A stretch of DNA of 63,663 nt, filler included, from Actinomycetota bacterium (GTDB lineage: Bacteria > Actinomycetota > Actinomycetes > JAKEEW01): NCBI GenBank assembly GCA_046725875.1. It is 8 parts of 8 records of this genome, joined end to end, with 100 filler letters (N's around TTAATTAATTAA, not from the genome) between each part and the next. Parts side by side here need not be neighbours in the genome. Positions count along the whole stretch, not along the records: positions 31,318 to 48,591 come from JBKOZJ010000034.1; positions 48,692 to 55,695 come from JBKOZJ010000036.1; 6 more parts are not named here. The stretch is one strand, 5' to 3'. Shown one piece after another: positions 43,679 to 54,612 of the stretch; positions within the stretch are counted from its first letter, which is position 1, and each line of letters opens with the position of its first letter. The position numbers and the translations under genes are program-made. The notes under the pieces are model-generated. The model searched no databases. It was not told the DNA's origin and saw only the letters and a list, made by a program, of their open reading frames with translations.

Positions 43679-43706
43679 CTAGCGGCGGCCCGCTCGCCGC
43701 CGCTAG
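43679..43706. terminator. Hairpin at the end of rplA
   Basis: CTAGCGGCGGC-N6-GCCGCCGCTAG. Confidence 0.6.
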
Positions 43707-44422
43707 CGGGCAGCGGCCTCCTCGGTCAAGAGGTTGCGCGTCTTGCTGGTGTCGACCGGGATGCCGGGGCCCATGGTCGTCGTGAGGGTGGCCTTCTTGA
43801 GGTAGCGGCCCTTCGCCGCGGACGGCTTCAGCCGCAGCACCTCGTCGAGCGCGGCGGCGTAATTCTCCACCAGATCCCGTTCGGTGAACGACGTCTTGCC
43901 GATAACGACGTGCAGGTTGGCGTGGCGGTCCACCCGGAACTCGATCTTGCCACCCTTGATGTCCGACACGGCCTTGGCGACGTCGTTGGTGACGGTCCCG
44001 GTCCTTGGGTTCGGCATCAGGCCGCGCGGTCCGAGCACCCGGCCGAGCCGGCCGACCTTGCCCATCATGTCGGGAGTGGCGACGCTGGCATCGAAGTCGA
44101 GAAAACCGCCCTGGACCCGCTCGATCAGCTCGTCCCCGCCGACGAAGTCCGCGCCGGCCGCCCTGGCCTCCTCGGCCCGCTCACCGGTCGCGAAGACAAG
44201 AACCCGGGCGGTCTTGCCGGTCCCGTGCGGCAGGTTGACCGTGCCGCGCACCATTTGGTCCGCCTTGCGCGGGTCGACGCCGAGCCGCAGCGCGACCTCT
44301 ACGGTCCCGTCGTACTTCGTGGTGGAGGTCTGCTTGGCGAGCCGCACCGCATCGAGCGGCGAATAGAGCTCAGTGCGATCCACCGTCTCGGCGGCCTTAC
44401 GGTATGCCTTGCTGCGCTTCAT
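43703..44422 (-). CDS. rplA: 50S ribosomal protein L1
   Basis: [31 protein letters not shown]. Confidence 0.99.
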   Translation of the reverse strand: MKRSKAYRKAAETVDRTELYSPLDAVRLAKQTSTTKYDGTVEVALRLGVDPRKADQMVRGTVNLPHGTGKTARVLVFATGERAEEARAAGADFVGGDELIERVQGGFLDFDASVATPDMMGKVGRLGRVLGPRGLMPNPRTGTVTNDVAKAVSDIKGGKIEFRVDRHANLHVVIGKTSFTERDLVENYAAALDEVLRLKPSAAKGRYLKKATLTTTMGPGIPVDTSKTRNLLTEEAAAR

Positions 44423-44444
44423 GTTGCTGCTCCTTTGTGACTGG

Positions 44445-44482
44445 AGGTCGTGGTCGCGGGCCAGCGCCTGGCCCTCCCACTC
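44445..44482 (-). promoter_or_regulatory. Putative L1-binding mRNA structure between rplK and rplA
   Basis: GTGG-GAG-GGCCAG-GCG-CTGGCC-CGCGA-CCAC hairpin with an asymmetric internal loop just before the rplA RBS. Confidence 0.55.
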
Positions 44483-44519
44483 CGCACCCGCCGACTCGGG
44501 CGGGGTCATTGGCGGGCTT

Positions 44520-44948
44520 CTACTCGATAGTGATCCCCATTTGCTGGGCGGTACCGGCAATGATCTTCTCGGCGGCGTCCAGGTCGTTCGCATTCAGGTC
44601 GGGCATCTTGGTCTGCGCGATCTCGCGGACCTGCTCCCGACTGAGTTTGCCGACCTTCACCCGGTGCGGCTCACCGCTGCCCTTCTCCAGCCCGGCGGCC
44701 TTGAGAATGAGCTTCGCGGCAGGCGGCGTCTTCGTGACGAAGGTGAACGACCGATCCTCATAGATCGTGATCTCCACCGGGATCACGTTGCCGCGCTGCG
44801 ACTCCGTGGCCGCGTTGTAGGCCCTGGTGAACTCCATGATGTTGACGCCATGCTGCCCGAGCGCCGGGCCGACCGGCGGCGCCGGCGTGGCCTGGCCGGC
44901 TTGGATCTGCAGCTTGACGACCGCTGCAACCTTCTTCTTGGGAGGCAT
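44520..44948 (-). CDS. rplK: 50S ribosomal protein L11
   Basis: [22 protein letters not shown]. Confidence 0.99.
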   Translation of the reverse strand: MPPKKKVAAVVKLQIQAGQATPAPPVGPALGQHGVNIMEFTRAYNAATESQRGNVIPVEITIYEDRSFTFVTKTPPAAKLILKAAGLEKGSGEPHRVKVGKLSREQVREIAQTKMPDLNANDLDAAEKIIAGTAQQMGITIE

Positions 44949-45059
44949 TCCGGCTTCCTCAATCGTGCGGCGCCTGGTCGGCGCTCACTGTCCAATATCG
45001 TGCCGCGCCTGATCGGCGCGGCACTGACTTCTTGAGACCAACCGCCACGCGGTTGCGGT

Positions 45060-45833
45060 CTAATTCTTCTGTATCTGGGAGAACGACAGCTCGACCGGTG
45101 TCTCCCGGCCGAAGATTTCCACCAGGCCCTTGACCTTCTGGGCGTCCGGGTTGATCTCGTGGATCGTCGCCTGGAGCGTCGCGAAGGGACCATCGATGAC
45201 CGTGACCGAGTCACCAACCTCGAAGTCGAGCACCTTGACCTGCGCAGGCGCCTTCTCCTTGCGCTCCACCTGCGGCGCGAGCGCCTCGAACACCTCGTTG
45301 AAGGTCAGCGGCACCGGCGAGTGGCTGTGGCCCACGAAGCCCGTCACTCCGGGCGTGTGCCGCACGGCGGACCACGACTCGTCGGTCAGATCCATCCGGA
45401 CCAGCACGTAGCCGGGCATCTTGACCCGCTTGATGTTCTTGCGCTGGCCACTCTTGATCTCGACGACCTCCTCCTGCGGCACCTCAACCTGGAAGATGTA
45501 GTCCTCCATGTTGAGCGACGCGATCCGGTTCTCGAGATTTGCCTTGACCCGGTTCTCGTAGCCTGCGTAGGAGTGGACGACGAACCAATCCCCGGGCGCC
45601 GCCTCGAGCTGCTTGCGGAACTGGGCGACCTCGGGCGGGTCAGCCTCATCTCCGGCCTCGCCCTCGTCGCCGGGCGCCGGCGATGGTTGCGGCTCCCCCT
45701 GCTCCAGCGTCTCGGGGGTGGGTGACCTCTGCTCCACAAGGTCGGCGTCGGTCTCTGCGGACTCGGCGAGCTCAGCCTGCGCCGAGGCGAGGGCCGCCCG
45801 GGCCTGGTCGGTGTAGTCCTGGGTTTCGGACAC
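45060..45833 (-). CDS. nusG: Transcription factor NusG
   Basis: [33 protein letters not shown]; acidic N-terminal extension typical of actinobacteria. Confidence 0.98.
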   Translation of the reverse strand: MSETQDYTDQARAALASAQAELAESAETDADLVEQRSPTPETLEQGEPQPSPAPGDEGEAGDEADPPEVAQFRKQLEAAPGDWFVVHSYAGYENRVKANLENRIASLNMEDYIFQVEVPQEEVVEIKSGQRKNIKRVKMPGYVLVRMDLTDESWSAVRHTPGVTGFVGHSHSPVPLTFNEVFEALAPQVERKEKAPAQVKVLDFEVGDSVTVIDGPFATLQATIHEINPDAQKVKGLVEIFGRETPVELSFSQIQKN

Positions 45834-45873
45834 GATGGTGCTCTCTATCTGTAATGAGCGGTGGCGTCGGCGC

Positions 45874-46122
45874 TCAGCCGAACACCTCGAGGACCGCCTG
45901 GCTGAACAGGTAGTCGAGGCCGGACACGTAGGCGAGCATGATCAGCACGAACACGATGACGACGCTGGTGTAGGTGATCAGCTCGCGCCGGGTTGGGCGG
46001 ACCACCTTGCGTAGCTCGGCGAGCACCTGACGGTAGAAGCGGCGGGGTGTCGTGCGGGGTCGCGTTGGGGTGCGCGTCGGTGGGCGCAAGGGCGCCTGGG
46101 TCGAGCCGCGCGTGTCGGTCAC
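45874..46122 (-). CDS. secE: Preprotein translocase SecE
   Basis: [13 protein letters not shown] plus one TM helix; lies between tRNA-Trp and nusG. Confidence 0.95.
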   Translation of the reverse strand: MTDTRGSTQAPLRPPTRTPTRPRTTPRRFYRQVLAELRKVVRPTRRELITYTSVVIVFVLIMLAYVSGLDYLFSQAVLEVFG

Positions 46123-46216
46123 GTGATCCTCACTTGATCGGGATGCCGGCCCGGGATTCAGGGCAGCCGGGCACGGGTCTTTGGGTGGCGCGCCCGCCAA
46201 GCTGGCAGGCGCTCCG

Positions 46217-46289
46217 CAGGGCCGGAGGGACTCGAACCCCCAACCACCGGTTTTGGAGACCGGGACTCTACCAATTGAGCTACGACCCT
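46217..46289 (-). tRNA. tRNA-Trp(CCA)
   Basis: AGGGTCG..CCGGT-CTCCAAA-ACCGG..GGTTCGAGTCC..CGGCCCTG; canonical position before secE. Confidence 0.97.
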
Positions 46290-46572
46290 TGATCATGGTC
46301 GCCGCAACAACATGCAGGCATGCTGACGCCGACCACCAACGCCCGAGTGTACGTGGAAGACCGGCCCCGATGCGAACCAGAGCCGGCAAGCCTCCAGGGC
46401 GGCCCCCAGCCGTCGGGAGGCAAGGAACATCGGCTGCCGCGGATCCCGTAATCGCGACCCGAGGGCCAATCTCAGCCGGGGTTGAAGGACGCCTAGCCCC
46501 AAACTCATTGGAGCAAAGGGGACCCTTCTACCTGACAAGCGAGGGGGTAGACGGGGTGCCAAGATTGGTGCC

Positions 46573-47778
46573 ATGCCCGCTGCAAACCGCATATCTGCCC
46601 GGGCCGCCTCGATCACCGAGTCGGCAACGCTCGCCGTCGATGCCAAGGCAAAGGCCATGAAGGCGGCCGGCCGCCCGGTGATCGGGTTTGGTGCCGGTGA
46701 GCCGGACTTTCCGACGCCCGACTACATCGTTGAGGCAGCGGCCAAGGCTTGCCGCGATCCCCGCAACCACCGCTACACCCCAACGGCTGGCCTGCCCGAA
46801 TTGCGGGAGGCGATTGCGGCCAAAACCGAGCGAGACTCCGGACTGGCGGTCGATCCGGCGCAGGTGCTCGTTACCAACGGCGGGAAACACGCGGTGTACG
46901 CGGCCTTTGCCACGCTGCTCGACCCGGGCGACGAGGTGCTGCTGCCGACGCCGTACTGGACGAGCTATCCAGAGGTGATCAAGCTTGCCGGCGGCGTTCC
47001 GGTGCAGGTCCTCGCCGACGAGTCGCAGGGCTACCTGGCGACCGTCGACCAGCTCGACGCCACGCTGACGGAGCGGACCAAGGTCCTCCTGTTCTGCTCG
47101 CCGTCGAACCCAACCGGCGCGGTCTACTCCCCGGCGCAGGTGACGGAGATCGGCCGCTGGGCGGCATCCCGCCGGCTGTGGGTCGTGACCGACGAGATCT
47201 ACGAGCATCTCGTCTATGGCGACGCGCGGTTCGCGTCCATCGCCGTCGAGGCTCCGGAGCTCACCGACCGTTGCATCGTGCTTAACGGCGTCGCGAAGAC
47301 GTACGCGATGACCGGCTGGCGAGTCGGCTGGATGGTCGGTCCAGTCGATGTGATCTCGGCGGCCACCAACCTGCAGTCGCATATGACCTCGAACGTGGCC
47401 AACGTCTCGCAGCGCGCGGCGCTCGCCGCCGTCAGCGGCGATCTTTCGGCCGCCGCTGAGATGCGCCGCGCCTTCGACCGCCGGCGGCAGACGATTGTGA
47501 GCATGCTCAACGAGGTACCGGGGGTGACATGTCCGGAACCACACGGCGCCTTCTACGCGTACCCCTCGGTTCGGCAACTTGTCGGACGGGAGATCAATGG
47601 CCGCAGGGCTCACTCGTCCACCGAACTGGCCGGGGTCATCCTGGACGAGGCTGAGGTCGCGGTGGTACCGGGTGAGGCATTCGGGACGCCAGGCTACCTA
47701 CGACTCTCCTATGCTTTGTCGGACCCGGACCTGGTGGAGGGCATTACCAGGCTGCAGAAGCTATTCGCCCCGAGCTGA
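46573..47778 (+). CDS. PLP-dependent class I (aspartate-type) aminotransferase
   Basis: [34 protein letters not shown]. Confidence 0.95.
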   Translation: MPAANRISARAASITESATLAVDAKAKAMKAAGRPVIGFGAGEPDFPTPDYIVEAAAKACRDPRNHRYTPTAGLPELREAIAAKTERDSGLAVDPAQVLVTNGGKHAVYAAFATLLDPGDEVLLPTPYWTSYPEVIKLAGGVPVQVLADESQGYLATVDQLDATLTERTKVLLFCSPSNPTGAVYSPAQVTEIGRWAASRRLWVVTDEIYEHLVYGDARFASIAVEAPELTDRCIVLNGVAKTYAMTGWRVGWMVGPVDVISAATNLQSHMTSNVANVSQRAALAAVSGDLSAAAEMRRAFDRRRQTIVSMLNEVPGVTCPEPHGAFYAYPSVRQLVGREINGRRAHSSTELAGVILDEAEVAVVPGEAFGTPGYLRLSYALSDPDLVEGITRLQKLFAPS

Positions 47779-47859
47779 CGGTTGGGTGCTTGGGGAGGCC
47801 GCCGACTTGCCTACCTGGATGCGCGCTTTCGTAAGCCTGCTCGGCAAAGTTCTCCCAAC

Positions 47860-48591
47860 GTGAGCCGCCTGGACCTGCGGGCGCTGCCCAAGGCTCATCT
47901 GCATCTGCATTTCACCGGGGCGATGCGGCACTCGACGCTGCTCGAGCTGGCCGACCTGCACGGGATCCGGTTGCCCGACGCCCTGCTCAGCCCGCAGCCG
48001 CCCCAACTTCATGCGACCGACGAGCGGGGGTGGTTCCGCTTCCAGCGTCTGTACGACGCCGCGCGCTCGGTGATCCGTACAACTGCTGATGTGCACCGGT
48101 TGTTGCACGAAGCGGCGGCGGACGAGCGGGCGGACGGGTCGGGCTGGCTGGAGATCCAGGTTGACCCGACCACATATGCGCAACGGCTCGGCGGGCTTAC
48201 CAAGACCGTCGAGCTGATCTTGACTGCAGCACGGGAGGCGGCTGCGGCTTCCGGCATCGGAGTCGGAGTGATCATCGCGGCGAACCGCACTCGGCATCCG
48301 CTCGACGCGCGGACGCTCGCCCGGCTCGCGGCGCAGTACGCCGACCGCGGGATCGTCGGCTTTGGTCTCTCGAACGACGAGCGGCGTGGGGAGGCAGCGG
48401 ACTTCGAGCGCGCCTTCGCGATCGCCCACCGGGCCGGCCTTGCCGCCGTGCCCCATGGTGGCGAGCTTGCCGGTCCGGCCAGCGTACGCGACTGCCTCGA
48501 CCTGCTAGGCGCGCAGCGGATCGGGCACGGTGTCCGGGTGGTCGAGGAACCCGCGCTCCTCGAGCGGATCGCCCAGGCCGGCGTCGTGCTC
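47860..48591 (+). CDS. Adenosine deaminase family (3' truncated)
   Basis: LPKAHLHLH, PHGGE, RIGHG. Confidence 0.92.
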
Positions 48592-48691
48592 NNNNNNNNN
48601 NNNNNNNNNNNNNNNNNNNNNNNNNNNNNNNNNNNTTAATTAATTAANNNNNNNNNNNNNNNNNNNNNNNNNNNNNNNNNNNNNNNNNNNN

Positions 48692-48866
48692 GGCCACCGG
48701 CACCCAACCGGCCGCAGCGCTCACCGACGGCTTCCAGGCGGCATTCTGGGCCGGTGCGCTCATCGCCACCGCCGGCATCCTCGTCTCGATCTTCCTCATC
48801 CGCGGTCGCGACCTGCGGCCACGCCCGGCGCCCGTGCCCGAGCCCGTGTTCGAGGCGACCGGCTAA
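48692..48866 (+). CDS. MFS transporter C-terminus (partial)
   Basis: ALTDGFQAAFWAGALIATAGILVSIFLIR..ATG*. Confidence 0.75.
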
Positions 48867-48891
48867 CCGCCGGCTTCAACCGCTGTACGCG

Positions 48892-48923
48892 CCGAGGACC
48901 GGTCCCGTGGGGCCGGTCCTCGG
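48892..48923. terminator. Hairpin between convergent genes
   Basis: CCGAGGACCGGTCCC / GGGGCCGGTCCTCGG. Confidence 0.75.
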
Positions 48924-48941
48924 GCTCGATCAGCCGATGGC

Positions 48942-49133
48942 CTAGGACCTGACGACGGTGACACCGGGCGTGCTCACGCCGGCCAACAGGATGGACACGA
49001 GGATGCCGAGCGGGAGGGTGCCCCAGTAGGACAGCTCCAGGCCGACGTTTCCGGCGAAGAGCATCAGCAGCCAGGTCGCCGGAAAGGTGGCGAGGAGAAA
49101 GAAGAAGAAACCGAACACGAGTGACCTGATCAT
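48942..49133 (-). CDS. Small 2-TM protein (63 aa)
   Basis: GGGAGA RBS; FPATWLLMLFAGN..LSYWGTLPLGILVS; ends at the terminator. Confidence 0.75.
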   Translation of the reverse strand: MIRSLVFGFFFFLLATFPATWLLMLFAGNVGLELSYWGTLPLGILVSILLAGVSTPGVTVVRS

Positions 49134-49309
49134 TGCGTCTCCCTAGACGGGCGTGCGGTCCTCCCGCATCAGCGACCCCGCGCGATCTTGATCGCAAATT
49201 GTATGGGAAGAACGGCATCTTGACCCTGCGGCTGGCGTCGTGTTGCGGAAGATGCTTGGCTGGCTAGCCGCGGCCCGGCAGTCCGGATCGCGTTCGGCGG
49301 GCCAACCCG

Positions 49310-49771
49310 TCAGGCATGGCCAACGGGCAGGTCGAGCAGTCGCATCCGGGCGAACTGCATCCGCTCGACGACGACCTGCATGAAGCGACGGGTCAGCTCG
49401 TAACCCAGCTGCGGGTCGCGCTCACACAGCTGCCTAACTTCGGCCCCATCCGCCTCGACTGTGAGGGTGGTCTCGACTGCGACGGCGCCGAAGTGCCAGC
49501 GGTACGGTGGGAACATCCACGACCAGCCGAGGACTGCCCCCGCGCCCAGCGTCTCCACCACGACGTCGCCGCGGTCGGGTAGCTCGAGGTCAAGGTTGAC
49601 TTGACCGTCCTGGATCAGCCAAAACCTGTCGGCGTACTCGCGTTCCCGGAAGATGCGATTGCCAGCATGAAAGAACGATCTCTGTGAGCACATCGAGAGG
49701 CGCTCCAGCTGCCAATCAGTAAGGCCGGCAAGGAACGGATGAGCGGCCAGCAGGTCGTAGGCGGTGGTCAT
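49310..49771 (-). CDS. Stand-alone cyclic-nucleotide-binding domain protein
   Basis: HPFLAGL, IFRE..ADRFWLI, VLGWSW. Confidence 0.88.
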   Translation of the reverse strand: MTTAYDLLAAHPFLAGLTDWQLERLSMCSQRSFFHAGNRIFREREYADRFWLIQDGQVNLDLELPDRGDVVVETLGAGAVLGWSWMFPPYRWHFGAVAVETTLTVEADGAEVRQLCERDPQLGYELTRRFMQVVVERMQFARMRLLDLPVGHA

Positions 49772-50147
49772 GAAGAGCTCCAGACTGCATCGGTCGGTCG
49801 TCCTGACGGCCGAGGGTGAGGCTCTGTTCTGCGTGAGCGCGGTTCCGCAGCGTCACTCTGTCAGGCTGCGAGTCGCACGGTAATAGGTCCAAAGACCCCG
49901 CCGCCGGGCCGTTCGTCCTCATGGCTCCGATATGCGGGGGTTCGCGCCCAGTCAGTGCATGTGTGGATCGTCGTTCCCCACGCCATACAGTCCAGGAAGA
50001 CTCAATCGCTGTCGGTCGACGCCGGAAGTGGCCCAGCTTTCCGACCCAGGATTGGACCTTACGATGGTCCAGCTTGGGTCCGTAGGTTGCCGGAACGACC
50101 AGCTCGACCCAAGGACATGACCAGTGATCGTGATCGCCCACCTGCGG

Positions 50148-50981
50148 TCAGGAGCGAAGCGGGAGGCTCGTGAGGCCGCCGGGTATCGGTCTGCCATGCT
50201 CGTCGAGCAGGGTCACGTCAGCCTGGGTGGCGTCCGCGGGCAGGGTGGCCGCCGCATACCGAGGGCCGTTTAGGTGATCGGGCCGCGGAACTGTTGCGAC
50301 GCTTCGGGCCGGACCTCCAGGCGTCGTGATGCGCAGCATTCTGACGTCGGGGTGGACGGCGGCAAGCAAGACCCAGTCGCCGTGCGGATCGAGGCGGGTG
50401 GTTCCTAGGCTGGCCAGGCTCGGATCATCGAGCCAGGCCCGCTCGTCCGGACGCATGCAGTCGTGAGTCGGGTCGACACGCGGCACGCTGCGCCCTATCA
50501 GCGGACTCCCGGTTGCCGAGACGCTGGGGTAGTCCCAGGGAGGGGTGATCTCGCCGTACAAGACCCCGAGAGTGTTCCAATACTCGCCGATGCGATTCTC
50601 CGGCTCGGACACAAGCTCCACGCCGGGCCTCGGCCCGCACGCGTCGGTGTGGAACGCGGGGACGAGCCAGTACCGGTGGGCCCCTGCGGTGCCTTCAAGC
50701 AGCACGTGCCGGGGCGGCAGCTGGTCGACGAATTCGGGTCCCAGCTGGCCGTAGGCGAACGCAGCGACCGGCGCGGCGACCAGCGCCAGACCAATTGCCG
50801 TCGCCCTGCGCCGCCAGCGGCGCGCCCGCCGTTGGTCCGCCAGCGCCCGTACTTCCCGCGACGGTGCCACGACCAGCGGCGTACCTGGATCGTCGATCGT
50901 GGCGGCAACTTGGGAAAGTGTCCGTCGTAGTCGGGCCTCCAGCTCGGGCTCGACGGGCAGTTCCAGGTAATTGACCTTCAT
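50148..50981 (-). CDS. Putative anti-sigma factor-like single-TM protein
   Basis: ATGA-coupled to the ECF sigma; LEARLRRTL..RRWRRR + TM + extracytoplasmic domain. Confidence 0.65.
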   Translation of the reverse strand: MKVNYLELPVEPELEARLRRTLSQVAATIDDPGTPLVVAPSREVRALADQRRARRWRRRATAIGLALVAAPVAAFAYGQLGPEFVDQLPPRHVLLEGTAGAHRYWLVPAFHTDACGPRPGVELVSEPENRIGEYWNTLGVLYGEITPPWDYPSVSATGSPLIGRSVPRVDPTHDCMRPDERAWLDDPSLASLGTTRLDPHGDWVLLAAVHPDVRMLRITTPGGPARSVATVPRPDHLNGPRYAAATLPADATQADVTLLDEHGRPIPGGLTSLPLRS

Positions 50982-51439
50982 CTGAGTGCCTTCCTGAGCC
51001 GGTCGAGGGCGCGTTTGAGATCGGAGCGCACGGTCGCGGGTGGGCGGGAGACCAGGCGGGCGATCTCGATCATCGGCAGGTCCTCGTAGAAGCGCAGTAC
51101 TACGGCAATCCGCTGCCAATGGGGCAGTCGCTGGATGTGCGCCCAGGTCTCATCGACCTCGGGGATCTCGGTAATGGCGTCTGTCATGGGCCGGCCACGC
51201 TCCCGTGCCCGGCGCCGGTACAAGTCGTTGGCCCGGTTGACCACCGCCCGCTTCAGGTACGGAAGTGGCTGTTCGATCTCCTCCCAGCGCTCACAAGCTG
51301 TGGTGAAAGCTGCCTGCACCAGGTCCTCGCTGTGTTCCCGCGACCCGGTAAGCAGGAATGCGAGTCGCGCCAGGGGCAGCCGATGCTCCCGATATATCCG
51401 CTCAAGTTCCGGACGACCGGTCGCCTGTAGCTCCGCCAT
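50978..51439 (-). CDS. ECF RNA polymerase sigma factor (SigE-like)
   Basis: LARLAFLLTG..EDLVQ..YLKRAVVN..VVLRFYEDL..EIA. Confidence 0.92.
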   Translation of the reverse strand: MAELQATGRPELERIYREHRLPLARLAFLLTGSREHSEDLVQAAFTTACERWEEIEQPLPYLKRAVVNRANDLYRRRARERGRPMTDAITEIPEVDETWAHIQRLPHWQRIAVVLRFYEDLPMIEIARLVSRPPATVRSDLKRALDRLRKALR

Positions 51440-51523
51440 ACCCCTCAGTCCCGCCGGCACCCCGCAGCGTTGCACCTTGGTACCAGGTTGGCCCATCCCG
51501 ACCTGACGAAGAGGAGGCGGCAC

Positions 51524-51829
51524 TCAGATTTGGACGGCGACGTCGAAGTGCAGCGCGCGGGTGTCGAACCGAACGAGCAGCCGGCGGGCCGCATTGGCTA
51601 GGACGGCCGCCTCGTAGTCCTCTCCTGCGAAGGCACGGACTGCGTCAAGATCGTCGAAGAATGTCAGAGAGACGAACTCGGTCTCATCGTCGATAGCGCG
51701 TCGCAGAAGGTGGGCGCCGCGGAAGCCAGCAATTTGCCGGAGGACCGGAAGCACATCGGCTTGGTAATGCCGTTCGTACAGGCTCGCATCGTTGGAATCG
51801 CTCCAACCCCTCCACATCCGCACGATCAC
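51524..51829 (-). CDS. ABM-like protein
   Basis: MIVRMWRG..GFRGA..AVRAFAGEDYEAAV. Confidence 0.85.
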   Translation of the reverse strand: MIVRMWRGWSDSNDASLYERHYQADVLPVLRQIAGFRGAHLLRRAIDDETEFVSLTFFDDLDAVRAFAGEDYEAAVLANAARRLLVRFDTRALHFDVAVQI

Positions 51830-51931
51830 CTAATCACACCCCATCACACCCCGGCTCGGGCGCCTCGGCGGTCTGCGTGGGCGTACCAGAGGGCGATCCG
51901 CTGACGCGAATGGGGCAGGTTCCGCCGAACT

Positions 51932-53341
51932 TCACCGCTCCACTACGACGTCATCGTGCTTACCACGCGCTTGGACACGGCTCAGCCGAATGCCGGCGTT
52001 TGCGGTCAGCCTGATCGCGGCGGCTTCGTTCGCGGTGACCTCGGTGTCGCGCAGGCCGAGGGTGCCGCCCTCAACACGGACCGCGTCAGCCCCTGCGCCG
52101 GCGGCCCGGATACCGCCGCCGACACGCATCCTGCCGACCTCGCCTTTGACATCGACTGCCGCGACGTCCGGGCCGTCGCTGGCTAGTGCGCCGGCGACCT
52201 CCACGGCCTCGATCCGGCCGCCAGGCTGGATGCTCAACGCGTGCGCGGACAACCGCGTGATCACCCCTCGTACTAGTGAGTCGCCAGCGCCGCCTTCGGT
52301 GTGGACTCCGCGGCGGAGAGTCAGCCGCCCGATGGGCTGACCGATCTGGATTCCGACCGCCGCATCGCCGTGGGTAGTGATCTGGTCGAACTCCACCGTG
52401 TCGACCGTGGGGCCGGCAAACCCGTCAAGGCGATAGACGTTGAAGCCCCGAGCGCCGACACCATAGGTCTCGATCGGCGCCTGAATGCGCAACGTAGTTA
52501 TAGTGCCGAAGTTGACGAAGCCGACGCCGCTACGGCCGTACGAGCTGAGTGGGGCGTGAGCCGTCCAGTGGTCCACGATCCCCCAGTTGTCGAGAACCAT
52601 GTCGTTAACGCCGTACGTCGTGACGGGTGCGTTGTTGATCACCTCGCGGACGTGGGCTCCGTAGACGACGAAGACCCCACCGCTGATCCGGTCGTGGGAG
52701 CCTTCGGCGATGCCTCCGTCGGTGAAGATCGTACCGGTCTCGAGGACGCTCACATCAAGCCGACCGCCGTTGCCGCCCGAGCTGGCACCAGCCAGGAAGA
52801 CTCCACTGCCGCGCGCCGGTCCTTCGGCCCGACCGGCGGAGAGGCCGCGCAGCTCGGCCGTTATCACGACCGAGTCGTCGAGTTGCTGGTTCCACAGGGT
52901 GAACGCGCCTTGCAAGGCGCCGACGCCGAGCAGCGCCGGACGGTCGGTCCGACCGCGTACGTCGGCCGCCTCAACGTCCAGCCCCTCGACCACAACACGG
53001 CCGCCGCGCACCCGGTCACGGGCGAGAAGCTGCACCTGGCCGGTGGCGGTTAGGGACGCCAGTCGGACCGTTCCGAGCGCGTCGCTACCTGTGTCGTTGA
53101 AGACCGCCAGGCGATCAGGGTCCACCTGGATGCGCAGTCCGACCACCTCGTTGTCCCGGCTGAGTCGCACGCCATCCACGTCGGGAGCGAAGACCAGCGT
53201 GGCGTCGGGTCCGCTGCCGGCCAGCTGCTGCCCGGCCCGAAGCGGTAGCGATCGAGCGAGACTTATCTTGCCCTGCACCACGATCCGGTCCGCGTCTGCA
53301 GCCGCCGTTACCAGTTCCTCTTCAGTCGAGACCGTCCTCAT
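51932..53341 (-). CDS. Hypothetical protein, probable beta-solenoid (469 aa)
   Basis: Recurrent 'I.T.G..[AS].G' units (IFTDGG, VTTYG, LSSYG, IETYG, ITTHG, VHTEG); Gly/Val rich; no signal peptide. Confidence 0.8.
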   Translation of the reverse strand: MRTVSTEEELVTAAADADRIVVQGKISLARSLPLRAGQQLAGSGPDATLVFAPDVDGVRLSRDNEVVGLRIQVDPDRLAVFNDTGSDALGTVRLASLTATGQVQLLARDRVRGGRVVVEGLDVEAADVRGRTDRPALLGVGALQGAFTLWNQQLDDSVVITAELRGLSAGRAEGPARGSGVFLAGASSGGNGGRLDVSVLETGTIFTDGGIAEGSHDRISGGVFVVYGAHVREVINNAPVTTYGVNDMVLDNWGIVDHWTAHAPLSSYGRSGVGFVNFGTITTLRIQAPIETYGVGARGFNVYRLDGFAGPTVDTVEFDQITTHGDAAVGIQIGQPIGRLTLRRGVHTEGGAGDSLVRGVITRLSAHALSIQPGGRIEAVEVAGALASDGPDVAAVDVKGEVGRMRVGGGIRAAGAGADAVRVEGGTLGLRDTEVTANEAAAIRLTANAGIRLSRVQARGKHDDVVVER

Positions 53342-53413
53342 GAGGTCCAGTCTTGGTTGACTTCGAGAATCAGTTCCAGTTCAAATTTCCGACGTTCAGC
53401 GTAAGTTGAGCTT

Positions 53414-54313
53414 ATGCTCGACCTTCACCGGCTGAGGTTGCTGCGAGAGCTGGCTTATCGCAAAACGATCGCGGCCGTCGCACAAGCACTGGCCTACACG
53501 CCGTCGGCAGTGTCGCAACAACTGGCAGTGCTCGAACGCGAGGCCGGGGTGCCGCTGCTGGAACGCACGGGACGCCGGGTGACGCTCACGCCCGCGGCCC
53601 GGGCCCTGGTCGCAAACGCAGAGGACGTGCTGGCACAGATGGAGCGCGCGGAGGCCGCGCTCGCAACAGCACGAACGACGGTGACCGGAACGCTCCGAAT
53701 CGGCGCCTTCCCGTCGGCGGCCCGGGTGATCCTGCCGACGGCGCTGGTCGAACTCGGGCGCGACTGTCCCGACCTGGAACTAATGATCGAAGAGTTCGAC
53801 CCGGCGCTGGCCGCTGAGGCGCTGCGGACGGGCAAGCTCGATGCCGCATTGACCCACGATTACGACCTTGTTCCTGTGCCGGACCAGCCCGCTCTGGAAT
53901 CCAAGGTGGTGCTCACCGAGCACATGTATGTCGCGTCTCGCACCAGCCCGGCCGACCCCGATGATCCAGTGGGATCATTCCGGGACGACTGGTGGATCAT
54001 GGGAAGTCCGGGCAGCGTGTGCCGTCTTGCCGCCGAACGCATCTGTCAGGCCGCCGGATTCCAGCCGCATATCCGCCATCAGAGCGACGACTTCCCTACC
54101 GTGCTCGCCCTCGTCGCCGCCGGGCAGGGCGAAGCCGTTATGCCACGCTTGGGCGCTGTGAACGCACCGGCGACCGTCATACTGACGCCACTGCCGACTA
54201 CGGCACGGGTAGCGGTCACCCATCGCCGTGGCAGCGGGACGCACCCGGCGATCGCCGCGTTCCGCCGTTCCATCGAATACGCCGTGCGTCAATACCGGGA
54301 TCGAATCACCTAA
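53414..54313 (+). CDS. LysR-family transcriptional regulator
   Basis: YTPSAVSQQLAVLEREAG..LLERTGR; divergent from the solenoid gene. Confidence 0.95.
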   Translation: MLDLHRLRLLRELAYRKTIAAVAQALAYTPSAVSQQLAVLEREAGVPLLERTGRRVTLTPAARALVANAEDVLAQMERAEAALATARTTVTGTLRIGAFPSAARVILPTALVELGRDCPDLELMIEEFDPALAAEALRTGKLDAALTHDYDLVPVPDQPALESKVVLTEHMYVASRTSPADPDDPVGSFRDDWWIMGSPGSVCRLAAERICQAAGFQPHIRHQSDDFPTVLALVAAGQGEAVMPRLGAVNAPATVILTPLPTTARVAVTHRRGSGTHPAIAAFRRSIEYAVRQYRDRIT

Positions 54314-54612
54314 CTGTCCAAGGGCGGTCAGCGAGCTGGAGACCCGAAGTCAGCGTTTCGCGCCTCGAGGTCGGCCACCGGGCGAACCACTTCGGGACGG
54401 AGTCTGGTAGCTGGGCGACCGCTGGCCGTTGATGAAGCCGTCGTACAGGCCGCCCTCAGTGGCGGCCATTGACAGAATTCCGGCCGCGTCCCGGAGTATC
54501 CAAACGGGGCGCTCGTGGATTTCCTCTTGGGTTGCCATGCGCTTGCTCATGCTGCCCCCACGGCGGTGGGGTCGGGGCGCGAGGCGGGGGTGGGCTGCCG
54601 CGCCGCTGACCA

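Noticed and set aside
54350..54550. Small ORF MSKRMATQEE (also 60549-60818 and a - strand remnant at 12779-12945)
   Set aside because: Protein-like but no family, start or context support; possibly gene fragments.
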